Below, in pieces: positions 39,882 to 48,089 of a stretch of 64,000 bases of DNA. Each line of letters starts with the position of its first letter. Within the stretch, counting starts at the first letter, position 1. The notes under the pieces were generated by a model. It was not told the origin of the DNA and did not search any database. It worked only from the letters and a program-made list of their open reading frames with translations. The stretch spans positions 1 through 64,000 of IMG/VR virus record IMGVR_UViG_3300043774_001054; one strand, 5' to 3'. The position numbers and the translations under genes are program-made. The stretch is from an uncultured virus (IMG/VR IMGVR_UViG_3300043774_001054). Lineage: Duplodnaviria; Heunggongvirae; Uroviricota; Caudoviricetes.

Positions 39882-42068
39882 ATGGCCGACGATAAAGACA
39901 GCACATTTAAAGATATTCTATATCAACTTCAGGTTGCGAATGAAGGCATGTTTGATAATATCTCGGTACTCAATAAGATTGAAAAACTTCTTGATGTGGG
40001 AAATATGCAGTCGTTGGCTTTCCAAACCGCCGAAAAAGAGGGTCCGAAAACTGAAACATCGGACGTCGGCGATAATAAGGAGGTTGTTGCGGGATTGAGT
40101 TTTCTGGCTGATATAGGCACCTCAAGTCTAAAAACTCTAAACAGAATAGACTTTGCATCAGATATTACGATGCAAAGAATTGTGGAAATGACGGATGCAG
40201 CAAAAGCAAGCGGTCTTCAGGCATTAGAAAATAATAGGGAGATGTTTGAAGTATTTGAAAAAATTCAAGAAGCTCTAAAAAACAAACCAGAAAACCCAGA
40301 GAAACCAGACAAATCAGATAAACCAGAAATGAGTTGGGCCACATGGGCAGTTGCCGTGGGTGCAGCTCTATTGGGTTTTGTCGAAGGCTTTGTGGCAGAA
40401 TTGGCAATTCAAGCCAAAGCTCTATTCACTAGACTCACTAAACTTTTAGACTTTGGTCCTCTATTAGCAAAAATTAAAGGTTCAAAGTTTGTTCTTACGA
40501 TAACAAGAGCATTTGAATCCATTGTTTTATTTGGCGAACGTCTTGGTGCCAAAATGGGTGACTTGTTTAAGATGTTCAAAAACTCGAACTTTGTTACGAA
40601 AATTACCGAAGGATTCACCAAGGTTTTAGATATCGGTAAGGACTTTGGTGCAAAGGTTAAAGGTATTTTTACCTCAGTTAAGAGTTTCTTTACTAATATA
40701 ATACTAAAAATTAAAAATATTGCAACAGGTATTTCTACGGCATTTGCTCCGGTAAGAGCTGCATTTGATGCGGTAATGAAATCTTTAGGGTTTGTGGATG
40801 AAGGAGCAAAATCAGTAGGTTTCTTTGGAAGAGCCATTAAAAGTATATCGGAAAAATTCGGGTTCTTAAAAAATATTGCAACTAAATTTTTTGGATTGGG
40901 CAAAGCATTTGGATCATTTCTAGGAAAATTCATGAAATTCATTCCTGGCATAGGAGCTGTTGTAGCAGTTATTGTGGGTATATTTGATTCAATTACAGGC
41001 TTCATCGATGGGTTTACAAAAACCGAAGGCAGTCTTATTGATAAGATTGTGGGCGGACTTAAAGGTGGTTTAACCGGACTTGTTAACGGTTTAATTGGAG
41101 GTCTCCTTGATATGCTCAAGGGTGCAGTTTCATGGATTGCAAAGGCTCTTGGTTTTGACGGTATTGCGGCAGCCCTGGACAGCTTTAGTTTTAGTGAAAT
41201 TCTCGGTAAACTAATCGGCAATCTTGTCGATGGTGTTGTAGGATTCTTTACCGATCAATTTGCGGTATTTAAAGTTCTATTCGATAACATTAAAAAGATG
41301 TTTAGCGGAGAGATTGATTTTAAAACGCTATTCCTTGAACTAATGGGTGGTATCATTAGAACCTTATTGGCACCAGTAAATGCCATTGGCAAATTAGCTG
41401 GGTTCGACATTACCAAGAAGGCTCTGAGTCTATTGGGCCTTCCAGATACAGGAAGAACCGATGTTGGTGGTACTCCTAAAGCTCCAAAGGTTAAAGCCGA
41501 TGCAGAAGTAAAGCCGGGAGAAAATGCTACTGAAACAAATACCGTAACAACTTCTACATCCGAAAGCATTTCTCTATCCGACAGAGAACGTCTTGAAAAA
41601 GAAGCACTCACTTCTACATCTGCGCTAGTAACAAATAATTCTATAATTGCCGCGCCGGGACAAGTTCAAACCTTGGTTGCACCAGCAGACATTAATTTAA
41701 CACCAATTGCAAATGTTAATGCGCCGATGGTCGGTAGCGATGCCGAAGTTCTAAATCGCTATGCCGAAACTGCTGAACTTGAGGCTCCGATGGTCGGTAG
41801 CGATGCCGCAGTTCTAAGTCGCTATGCCGAAACTGCTGAACTTGAAGCAATTGATAGTCCTATTGTCGGCGCCGAAATGAATGCACTTCAGTCAGACACG
41901 GCTCAAGCAGAAGCAGAACGTGCATCTACTCCTATTGTGATTCCTGCACCTGCATCGGGTCGAGGTGGCGACCGTAAGGTTATCAATAACTCACAGGCAA
42001 TTACCTACAACTCCAATAATATGCCCGACCGTACGGGCTGGATGTTGACTCCACAATTCGGGTACTAA
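39882..42068 (+). CDS. Tape measure protein (gp29-like)
   Basis: Long amphipathic helical, Gly/Phe/Lys-periodic core; follows tube-fold and chaperone genes; C-terminal 'VINNSQ' motif. Confidence 0.72.
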   Translation: MADDKDSTFKDILYQLQVANEGMFDNISVLNKIEKLLDVGNMQSLAFQTAEKEGPKTETSDVGDNKEVVAGLSFLADIGTSSLKTLNRIDFASDITMQRIVEMTDAAKASGLQALENNREMFEVFEKIQEALKNKPENPEKPDKSDKPEMSWATWAVAVGAALLGFVEGFVAELAIQAKALFTRLTKLLDFGPLLAKIKGSKFVLTITRAFESIVLFGERLGAKMGDLFKMFKNSNFVTKITEGFTKVLDIGKDFGAKVKGIFTSVKSFFTNIILKIKNIATGISTAFAPVRAAFDAVMKSLGFVDEGAKSVGFFGRAIKSISEKFGFLKNIATKFFGLGKAFGSFLGKFMKFIPGIGAVVAVIVGIFDSITGFIDGFTKTEGSLIDKIVGGLKGGLTGLVNGLIGGLLDMLKGAVSWIAKALGFDGIAAALDSFSFSEILGKLIGNLVDGVVGFFTDQFAVFKVLFDNIKKMFSGEIDFKTLFLELMGGIIRTLLAPVNAIGKLAGFDITKKALSLLGLPDTGRTDVGGTPKAPKVKADAEVKPGENATETNTVTTSTSESISLSDRERLEKEALTSTSALVTNNSIIAAPGQVQTLVAPADINLTPIANVNAPMVGSDAEVLNRYAETAELEAPMVGSDAAVLSRYAETAELEAIDSPIVGAEMNALQSDTAQAEAERASTPIVIPAPASGRGGDRKVINNSQAITYNSNNMPDRTGWMLTPQFGY
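41721..41846. repeat. 63-bp near-perfect tandem duplication in the tape measure
   Basis: APMVGSDAEVLNRYAETAELE / APMVGSDAAVLSRYAETAELE. Confidence 0.95.
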
Positions 42069-42070
42069 AA

Positions 42071-42096
42071 AGAGGGTCCCCTTTCGAGGACCCTCT
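42071..42096 (-). terminator. Rho-independent terminator between convergent tape measure and gp32
   Basis: Stem AGAGGGTCC/GGACCCTCT with a T-run on the minus strand. Confidence 0.85.
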
Positions 42097-42127
42097 CATC
42101 ATAATATAAAGATCAAGCCGATACGGA

Positions 42128-43057
42128 TTAGTCTTCCTTTGCTAGCTTGGCAAAGTAACTAAGGGTGTCCCCTGTATCTTCTTCATCATCGCTGCCTGCC
42201 TCAACAGGCTTAAATGCTTCTCTTGGAGCAGCCGCTTCAACAGTGGCCTTTCGCGGAGCCGGTTGGGATTCGCTCAATTCAACCGCTTCCGCAGTTGTAA
42301 GGACCTGACCTTCTTCACCGAGAACTTCATACAATTTACGTTTGAGTTCGGCGTATGACTTGTAGTTCTTAGGATCAACAAAGTCCTTAAGTGCGTGCAT
42401 TGAGTTGTAGATGGCTTCCAACTTAGCTTCATCTCCACCGAAGAGAGGAGCCGCAGGAGCAAACTCCGATTTGTCGTAGTTGCGGTAACCCTCAACATTA
42501 CGAATCTTGAGCTTAAAATCGGCACCCGACCAGAAGTCAAATGGATTCACCGGCTTCTCATCTTGGAAGGCTGGTTGCATTACATCCAGCATCTTATCGA
42601 AGATTTTCTTGCCGAATTTATAGAGGAATACCTTACCTTCGTTGGCTGGATTTGCTGGGTCGGAAATCACGAGGATGTTTGAAACATAGTGAAGACGGCG
42701 TTTCTGAGTACGAGCGACTTCCTTATCCTTCTCATCACCAGAATTCCAGAGCTTGGAGTTGAGTTCACCAACGGGGTCTTGCTGACCAATTGAACTGAGA
42801 GAGTTCTCGATGTACCAACGTCCGGTTGGACCCTTGAAGCCATGGTCCCAGTAACGGACCCATGGAAGTTCCTCACCAGCCTTAGCCGGAAGGAAACGAA
42901 TAACTGCATAACCGTTACCAGCTTTGTCTACAATAGGAGCCCAGAGGCGGTCGTCCGTGTAGGATTTCTTCTCGCCGCCACCGGCGACTTTTTGAGCAGC
43001 CGCTGTGAGGCTACTGATTGCATTATTGCGATTATTTTTGAGTGCTGCGAATGACAT
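42128..43057 (-). CDS. gp32: Single-stranded DNA-binding protein gp32
   Basis: 'MSFAALK', 'DKAGNGYAVIRFLP', 'WYIENSL', 'FGKKIFDK', 'NPFDFW.GA.FKLK', acidic tail ending 'LSYFAKLA'. Confidence 0.97.
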   Translation of the reverse strand: MSFAALKNNRNNAISSLTAAAQKVAGGGEKKSYTDDRLWAPIVDKAGNGYAVIRFLPAKAGEELPWVRYWDHGFKGPTGRWYIENSLSSIGQQDPVGELNSKLWNSGDEKDKEVARTQKRRLHYVSNILVISDPANPANEGKVFLYKFGKKIFDKMLDVMQPAFQDEKPVNPFDFWSGADFKLKIRNVEGYRNYDKSEFAPAAPLFGGDEAKLEAIYNSMHALKDFVDPKNYKSYAELKRKLYEVLGEEGQVLTTAEAVELSESQPAPRKATVEAAAPREAFKPVEAGSDDEEDTGDTLSYFAKLAKED

Positions 43058-43092
43058 AGTATTTTAGTATGGTTGTATGATTGACGTATATG

Positions 43093-43121
43093 ATAATATC
43101 CTTTATTCCCTATTTGTAAAC
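43093..43121 (-). promoter_or_regulatory. Early promoter for gp32
   Basis: GTTTACA-16 nt-TATTAT overlapping the gp59 3' end. Confidence 0.6.
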
Positions 43122-43723
43122 CTCAAAAGTACGATTTCTCGTAACTTTTTTATGTCTACCTTCTGTCTTAGGAATGGCTTGAACTTTAGAACTTTCTTGG
43201 AAAACTCGGGCCATAGAATGGTCTCCGTAATCTTCGAGCGTTTCATAAAGCCCACCATAATGTCGAGAACTACCAAGGTTTCAAGCTCAATAGTTTTGTC
43301 CATCACCAGTGTGGCAATTCGTGGATGAGCTCCATTCTCCGACTTGAATAAGTCATCAAATGAAATCCCACTACCCCTACAGTGCTCCACCAGTCTGTCT
43401 ACTTGATCGCCAAAGAAATAACTCATTGACTCTATCCGTTTGAGATAGAACTTGTAGTTATCGTCTGCCGATTGTTCAACTAGATTGCCTGCCCAGCACT
43501 TACCCGTATCCAAGGATGCAAAGTTCGCAACCAGGAAGTCAATCAAAATTTGTTTGTCGGGATACTTCTTGGCCAATTTAGCAAAGAAGTATTTGTCCTT
43601 ACGTTGAAAGAACGACTTCTGGGTCGCAGAAGTTTTAAAACTGTATTTGAGTGCGTCATAAGAATCGCTCTCAAAGTGCAGTTTAACACTAGTATATATC
43701 AAATATGAGTCCCAGGGCTGCAT
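43103..43723 (-). CDS. gp59: Helicase loader gp59
   Basis: 'Y.SVKLHF...YD..KY', 'F..RKDKYFF.KLAKKY', 'I.LETLVVLD'; adjacent to gp32 and gp33. Confidence 0.88.
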   Translation of the reverse strand: MQPWDSYLIYTSVKLHFESDSYDALKYSFKTSATQKSFFQRKDKYFFAKLAKKYPDKQILIDFLVANFASLDTGKCWAGNLVEQSADDNYKFYLKRIESMSYFFGDQVDRLVEHCRGSGISFDDLFKSENGAHPRIATLVMDKTIELETLVVLDIMVGFMKRSKITETILWPEFSKKVLKFKPFLRQKVDIKKLREIVLLRFTNRE

Positions 43724-44199
43724 TTTAATTTGTCAATTTCCTGTTTAATATGATCCCTTAGCCTGCATTCAAGGTCAGACGCAAGGTTAATGATTTTGTT
43801 ATCGATGTAGTGTTTAAGACTGGTCTCATAGGAATTATTACACTCCTTAACATACATCTGTTCCAAAATCGGAACATGATTTTCTAGAACGGATTGGGCA
43901 ATCTTTTCCACATACTTATCTAAGGGGTATATACCCGAAACTGTTCCTCTTGTGGCTTGAACTTGAATATGATCCTCGCTATAGGTAACACGTTGCGTGG
44001 TTGTTGAATTCCACGTGGAGGGAAACGAAAGACTATTAGCTCCAACAGAATATAGCGATGAGGCGCCGTTAGCCCAATCATTGGTCATCTGAATCGCCGG
44101 CGACTGAACTGCAACGGCTGGAGGCTCTTCCTTTACAGGCTTGGGCTTCGGATATAGCTCCTCAAGTTTTTCAATGAGACTGTCACTGATTGTATTCAT
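43699..44199 (-). CDS. Hypothetical protein
   Basis: 166-aa ORF filling the gap between gp33 and gp59. Confidence 0.6.
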   Translation of the reverse strand: MNTISDSLIEKLEELYPKPKPVKEEPPAVAVQSPAIQMTNDWANGASSLYSVGANSLSFPSTWNSTTTQRVTYSEDHIQVQATRGTVSGIYPLDKYVEKIAQSVLENHVPILEQMYVKECNNSYETSLKHYIDNKIINLASDLECRLRDHIKQEIDKLKCSPGTHI

Positions 44200-44200
44200 A

Positions 44201-44434
44201 TTACATGAAGGAATCTAATGAGTTGCTTTTGGGTAATAGATTGCGTGTCATTGCTTCGGCTTCAATCTTTGATTTAATGACGGGAGAGATGAGTTTACCA
44301 ATGTCCAATGGGTCAATTTGCTTCTCTTCACAATAATGAAGAACTGCTTCCATATAGGTCATCTTTTCATCAATAACCAATTTTTCAATGATGGTTGCAA
44401 GACTTTGTTTCGTGAGGATATTATCGAGGAGCAT
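44201..44434 (-). CDS. gp33: Late transcription coactivator gp33
   Basis: 'IEKLV....TYMEAVLHYCEE..ID', 'KSKIEAEA...NLL'. Confidence 0.88.
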   Translation of the reverse strand: MLLDNILTKQSLATIIEKLVIDEKMTYMEAVLHYCEEKQIDPLDIGKLISPVIKSKIEAEAMTRNLLPKSNSLDSFM

Positions 44435-44441
44435 GGTGGTA

Positions 44442-44789
44442 TTAACGGTGGAGTTCTACGCGTTGAATACGGTAGTTAATGACCGTTTCAGGAAGGTTCA
44501 TGTCCTTTACAATTTTGGCACGTTCGGGAGAATTGTCAGTTTCATAGTAGTACATGATACCATATACAAAATGGCTGTTCTTGTACTTATTAAAGTTGAG
44601 TAACTTTTCAATCTGCGCCTCGAACGGCATATCCGAATAGAATTTTGGTGACGGATTCGTCTCACTCTTGACTTCAAGAGGATATAATTCATTCAGTTTA
44701 TCTAAGACGGATTTCTTGCTTCCGATGATGACGGTGCTCATGCGAGCAATCGCCATTACATCTGTTGGTTCTTTTACTGGAGTGTCCAT
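44442..44789 (-). CDS. Hypothetical protein
   Basis: 115-aa ORF in operon; shares 'KLNELYP/KLEELYP' and 'PVKEP' with 43699-44199. Confidence 0.6.
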   Translation of the reverse strand: MDTPVKEPTDVMAIARMSTVIIGSKKSVLDKLNELYPLEVKSETNPSPKFYSDMPFEAQIEKLLNFNKYKNSHFVYGIMYYYETDNSPERAKIVKDMNLPETVINYRIQRVELHR

Positions 44790-44795
44790 AATTTT

Positions 44796-45173
44796 TTAGA
44801 TTGATACTAACTTGTACTTCTTACCGTCGATCTCAACAACCTTGCCTTCGCAAGATGGTTTGGGTTTAGTGTATTCGTTGAACTCTTTTTCGGACATTAG
44901 TTCACCATTAACCCACCATTCTTTATAACTATTAGCCCATTCAATAGCTGGTCCATCAAGGCGATGACGTTTATCATTCACATACCATTCTTTATCACCA
45001 TCGGCGCATTCGATAGCGGGACCATCTAACCGATGTAATTTATCATTTACCCACCATTCTCTATCGCCGTTAGCGCCTTCAAAGGCGGGTCCGTCAAGGC
45101 GGTGCCGTTCCTCTTTATCGTTGAACCATTGAATGTTTTTACCACAGTCGACCGTTACTTTATATGTTTGCAT
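44796..45173 (-). CDS. HRLDGPA-repeat protein, copy 1 (start revised to MQTYKV)
   Basis: Three 23-aa repeats 'HRLDGPA.E...G.KEW.V.'; paralogue of 46892-47275. Confidence 0.85.
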   Translation of the reverse strand: MQTYKVTVDCGKNIQWFNDKEERHRLDGPAFEGANGDREWWVNDKLHRLDGPAIECADGDKEWYVNDKRHRLDGPAIEWANSYKEWWVNGELMSEKEFNEYTKPKPSCEGKVVEIDGKKYKLVSI

Positions 45174-45177
45174 AATT

Positions 45178-46425
45178 TTAAAGGATTCTGAGGAGCACAA
45201 TGTCACCATTGATGCGCCCATTTGGTTTTGCAATCTTTGTGGTGAGTTTTTCCCACGCTTTTTCAAGTTGTTTCTCTGTGCTTCCTACGGCAATAGGAAT
45301 AAATTCATCGGGCTTGCGGAGACGAATGCAGCGGGAAGACACCTCATCATAGTTCTGGATAGTGGTACCCTTGATAGTAAACCCAGTGGTTACCGTGCAA
45401 ACATAGTCAAACAGTACCCGGGTCTTCACATTAAAGGCAAGGAGACGATAGGCTCCGACAATCCGAATAGGATTGATGGAGGTAATCTTAAACTCCTCAC
45501 TGTGCTTGAGGTACTGGAGCTTGGCAATCTGCTTTGTGGCAGCCGTGGGTTTCTTCTCACGTGGAGCCTTTGCCGCTTTGACACTCGTCTTAAACATCGT
45601 TAGATCGTCGACCATCGATGATAGTGCATCAATACGTGCGAGCATCTGCTTCTTGGTATAACAGCTGTAGGCTTCAGCAAGATACTCGCTGGCACCGGTC
45701 TGGGCATCGCTCATTTCCTTAAGTACGTCTTGAAGGTATTCTTCCACAAAGGTACACGCAGCCGCAGGGAGTTCATAGTGCTGCATTGATTTGTAGATGG
45801 ATAAACACTTTACCTCATCACCCGACTTGCACCATTCATCCATAAGCAGCTCAAGGTCCATAATGATGGTCTTGTTGCACTTTGCCCGAAGACGATCCAT
45901 GGGAGAAATACCACTTGGTTTTTCGGCTACGATAGTTTGCACGGTATCCTTTTGCTTTGTTTTCTTACCTTCGATGATGGCGTTTGCAATGGCTTCTTTT
46001 ACAAAGATATCGCAGGGTTCAACCTTAGCCGCATCCTCGCGAAGTGTCTTAAGATACTCATTGATACCAGGATGAATTGTTGGCATACCTTTATTGAGAC
46101 ACGTGCAAAGTGCACCGGTGGTCATACCAGGAAAGTAGTCGGGTGCAGCTTTTACTGCTGAAATATCTTCCTTGGTATAGCCATTGTTACCCATCCATTC
46201 CAGAACGGCGGGCTTGGTGTCCTTTGCCGTTAGGTAATAGTTGTAGAAATTAAACAACCGAGAATACTCCTTCCAGAATTGTTCCACTGGCCAGGTCTCC
46301 CAACCATCCCAGATTGGTTCTTCGCCGGTATAACGAGAGTCGACCGCAGCAACGCCATTTCCCGACTTGCGCCCTTTCTTGCGGTTCTTTGCCGCAGCAG
46401 CTTTCAGAATGTGTTCGACAGACAT
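45178..46425 (-). CDS. Conserved T4-like phage hypothetical protein (start revised to MSVEHILK)
   Basis: 'YTGEEP.W', 'SINP..IVGA..L..FN.KTR', 'GTTIQNYD', 'LRKPDE', 'PNGRIN...VLLR'. Confidence 0.75.
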   Translation of the reverse strand: MSVEHILKAAAAKNRKKGRKSGNGVAAVDSRYTGEEPIWDGWETWPVEQFWKEYSRLFNFYNYYLTAKDTKPAVLEWMGNNGYTKEDISAVKAAPDYFPGMTTGALCTCLNKGMPTIHPGINEYLKTLREDAAKVEPCDIFVKEAIANAIIEGKKTKQKDTVQTIVAEKPSGISPMDRLRAKCNKTIIMDLELLMDEWCKSGDEVKCLSIYKSMQHYELPAAACTFVEEYLQDVLKEMSDAQTGASEYLAEAYSCYTKKQMLARIDALSSMVDDLTMFKTSVKAAKAPREKKPTAATKQIAKLQYLKHSEEFKITSINPIRIVGAYRLLAFNVKTRVLFDYVCTVTTGFTIKGTTIQNYDEVSSRCIRLRKPDEFIPIAVGSTEKQLEKAWEKLTTKIAKPNGRINGDIVLLRIL

Positions 46426-46426
46426 A

Positions 46427-46684
46427 TTAGAGGGTCTCAATAGAGGTAACCGAATCAACTCGGAACGAGCGCCAACCATCATTCTCAATGTCGTAGACGC
46501 GAACGGCATCTTCCGACAGATTTAGCTTCTTCTCACCCTTGGGCCAATGGTCCTCTGGAATAAAACGAGCATCCAGAGTTCCGCGGAGTGCCCGAGCCGT
46601 ACCATCAACCTTAGTAAAGTTGATCAGCACCAGCTTATTATTTTGCAGCGTATCCTTGATTTCAGCGTATGTGTATTTTTTCAT
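46427..46684 (-). CDS. SH3-beta-barrel (DUF2693/WYL-like) protein
   Basis: 'FTKVDGT.R...GTL', 'VYDIENDGWRSFRVDSV'. Confidence 0.8.
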   Translation of the reverse strand: MKKYTYAEIKDTLQNNKLVLINFTKVDGTARALRGTLDARFIPEDHWPKGEKKLNLSEDAVRVYDIENDGWRSFRVDSVTSIETL

Positions 46685-46693
46685 TATGTAGAT

Positions 46694-46723
46694 ATATTAA
46701 AGTGAAGTCGGTCGAATGTAAAC
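46694..46723 (-). promoter_or_regulatory. Early promoter
   Basis: GTTTACA-17 nt-TAATAT, 9 nt upstream of the ATG at 46684. Confidence 0.65.
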
Positions 46724-46727
46724 AACA

Positions 46728-46852
46728 AAAGCATCGTTTCAAAGGAGCCTACTCAAAGAAGATTCTTTATAAAAGATAAACCACCATAAGTGGTCGTAAT
46801 TGATCGATGATCTACTTCTGAGTGAAAGTAAGCTCTTTTGAAACGATGCTTT
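46728..46852 (-). ncRNA. Candidate structured RNA / long inverted repeat
   Basis: AAAGCATCGTTTCAAA.GAGC arms pair over about 21 bp with one mismatch; further internal pairing; intergenic. Confidence 0.4.
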
Positions 46853-46891
46853 CAGAGGTTATTTATTACTTTAGGTTTTTGTAATCTGATA

Positions 46892-47275
46892 TTAGGCCAT
46901 TACTAGCCGATATTTCACACCATCTACCTCAACAAACTTACCTTCACAAGATGATTTTGGCTTGGGTTTAGTGTATTCGTTGAACTCTTTTTCGGTCATT
47001 TTTTTATCATCCACCCACCACGCTTTATAACCATTGGCACATTCAATAGCTGGTCCATCAAGGCGATGGAGTTTACCATCAATATACCATGATTTAGAGC
47101 CATCGGCACATTCAACAGCAGGACCATCAAGGCGATGACGTTCGCCATCAACATACCATTCTTTAGAGCCATTAGGCCATTCAAAAGCTGGACCATCAAG
47201 GCGATGAAGTTCCTCTTTATCGTTATACCAACGAATGTTTTTATTTTCGTCAACAGTTACTTTATAAGTTTGCAT
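46892..47275 (-). CDS. HRLDGPA-repeat protein, copy 2
   Basis: Three 23-aa HRLDGPA repeats; very similar N- and C-termini to 44796-45173. Confidence 0.85.
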   Translation of the reverse strand: MQTYKVTVDENKNIRWYNDKEELHRLDGPAFEWPNGSKEWYVDGERHRLDGPAVECADGSKSWYIDGKLHRLDGPAIECANGYKAWWVDDKKMTEKEFNEYTKPKPKSSCEGKFVEVDGVKYRLVMA

Positions 47276-47283
47276 TTTATAGA

Positions 47284-47721
47284 TTATTTAAGGTTTTTGT
47301 AGACCTTGGCCCAATAGGCTTCCAGATTCTTTTGCTTGGTGTCCGAAATCGGAGCCGCCACACGGCGCCAAGAACTACCGCCACCGTTCCAAATAAAACC
47401 AAGCTCTTTTTCGGTTGCTTTACGGTTCATGGTTTTTTCAATGTGTTTTGAGTAGAAATTCAGAACGCCTCTGGCGACCTCCCGAGAGGTAATTTCGTCG
47501 AACATGTCAGCATGTCTGTAATTCTTACCGGTGATACGGTTAAAGTCCTTGACCATCACATCATGAATCTGAAGGATTCCAAAGGCCTTACCGCGGTCAC
47601 CGATGGCAGCGGCATTGCCGTTACTTTCGGTACGAACGAGGGCTTCCACCAAGCGGTCGATATTTTGACCCGAAACAGTCGCGGTAAGAGCAAGAATTGC
47701 CAAGATGTGTTTGACTTTCAT
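47284..47721 (-). CDS. Secreted lysozyme-like / lytic transglycosylase protein
   Basis: Signal-peptide-like N-terminus; catalytic 'ALVRTES.G', 'GD.G.A.G.LQI', 'WNGG', 'YW.KV'. Confidence 0.75.
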   Translation of the reverse strand: MKVKHILAILALTATVSGQNIDRLVEALVRTESNGNAAAIGDRGKAFGILQIHDVMVKDFNRITGKNYRHADMFDEITSREVARGVLNFYSKHIEKTMNRKATEKELGFIWNGGGSSWRRVAAPISDTKQKNLEAYWAKVYKNLK

Positions 47722-47792
47722 TATGATACAATCATAAACAAAACCACGCGGAAGTAAATCAAATAGATTGTCCTAAGCGATTGATTAGCAAC
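47719..47792 (-). promoter_or_regulatory. Repeated early promoter element, copy A
   Basis: TTTACT-16-TATGAT-tgtatcataATG, with upstream AATCAATCGCTTA (IHF consensus). Confidence 0.75.
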
Positions 47793-47803
47793 AACCGTTG
47801 TTT

Positions 47804-48016
47804 TTAGTTACGATCAAAGCCGGTGAAAGCCTGAACCATAGGGTTCCAACACACATCCATCTTCATCTGAGCAAATTCTAATTGAAAGGTCACCGTCCAA
47901 GTATTGAATCTTGGGTTGCTGAGTTTGCCTTTTCGAATGACTGTGGCCTTGACGTCGTCACCCATAGAGTAAACAGTAATTATGTCGCCGACATTTGGAT
48001 TTGGTACGTTATTCAT
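47804..48016 (-). CDS. Small early hypothetical protein
   Basis: 70-aa ORF directly behind a repeated early promoter. Confidence 0.65.
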   Translation of the reverse strand: MNNVPNPNVGDIITVYSMGDDVKATVIRKGKLSNPRFNTWTVTFQLEFAQMKMDVCWNPMVQAFTGFDRN

Positions 48017-48087
48017 TATGATACAATCCTACAACATTCCAGCTAAAAGTAAATCAAATAGAATGACCTAAGTGATTACCAATCAAC
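48014..48087 (-). promoter_or_regulatory. Repeated early promoter element, copy B
   Basis: TTTACT-16-TAGGAT-tgtatcataATG; 34 nt identical to the copy at 62740-62773. Confidence 0.75.
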
Positions 48088-48089
48088 AA

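Noticed and set aside
40409..41611. Antisense ORFs of 270 and 118 aa over the tape measure
   Set aside because: Typical antisense shadows of a biased coding strand; no motifs or promoter
44796..47275. HRLDGPA paralogues as a DGR TR/VR pair
   Set aside because: Differences are largely synonymous and involve all four bases; both copies are intact genes
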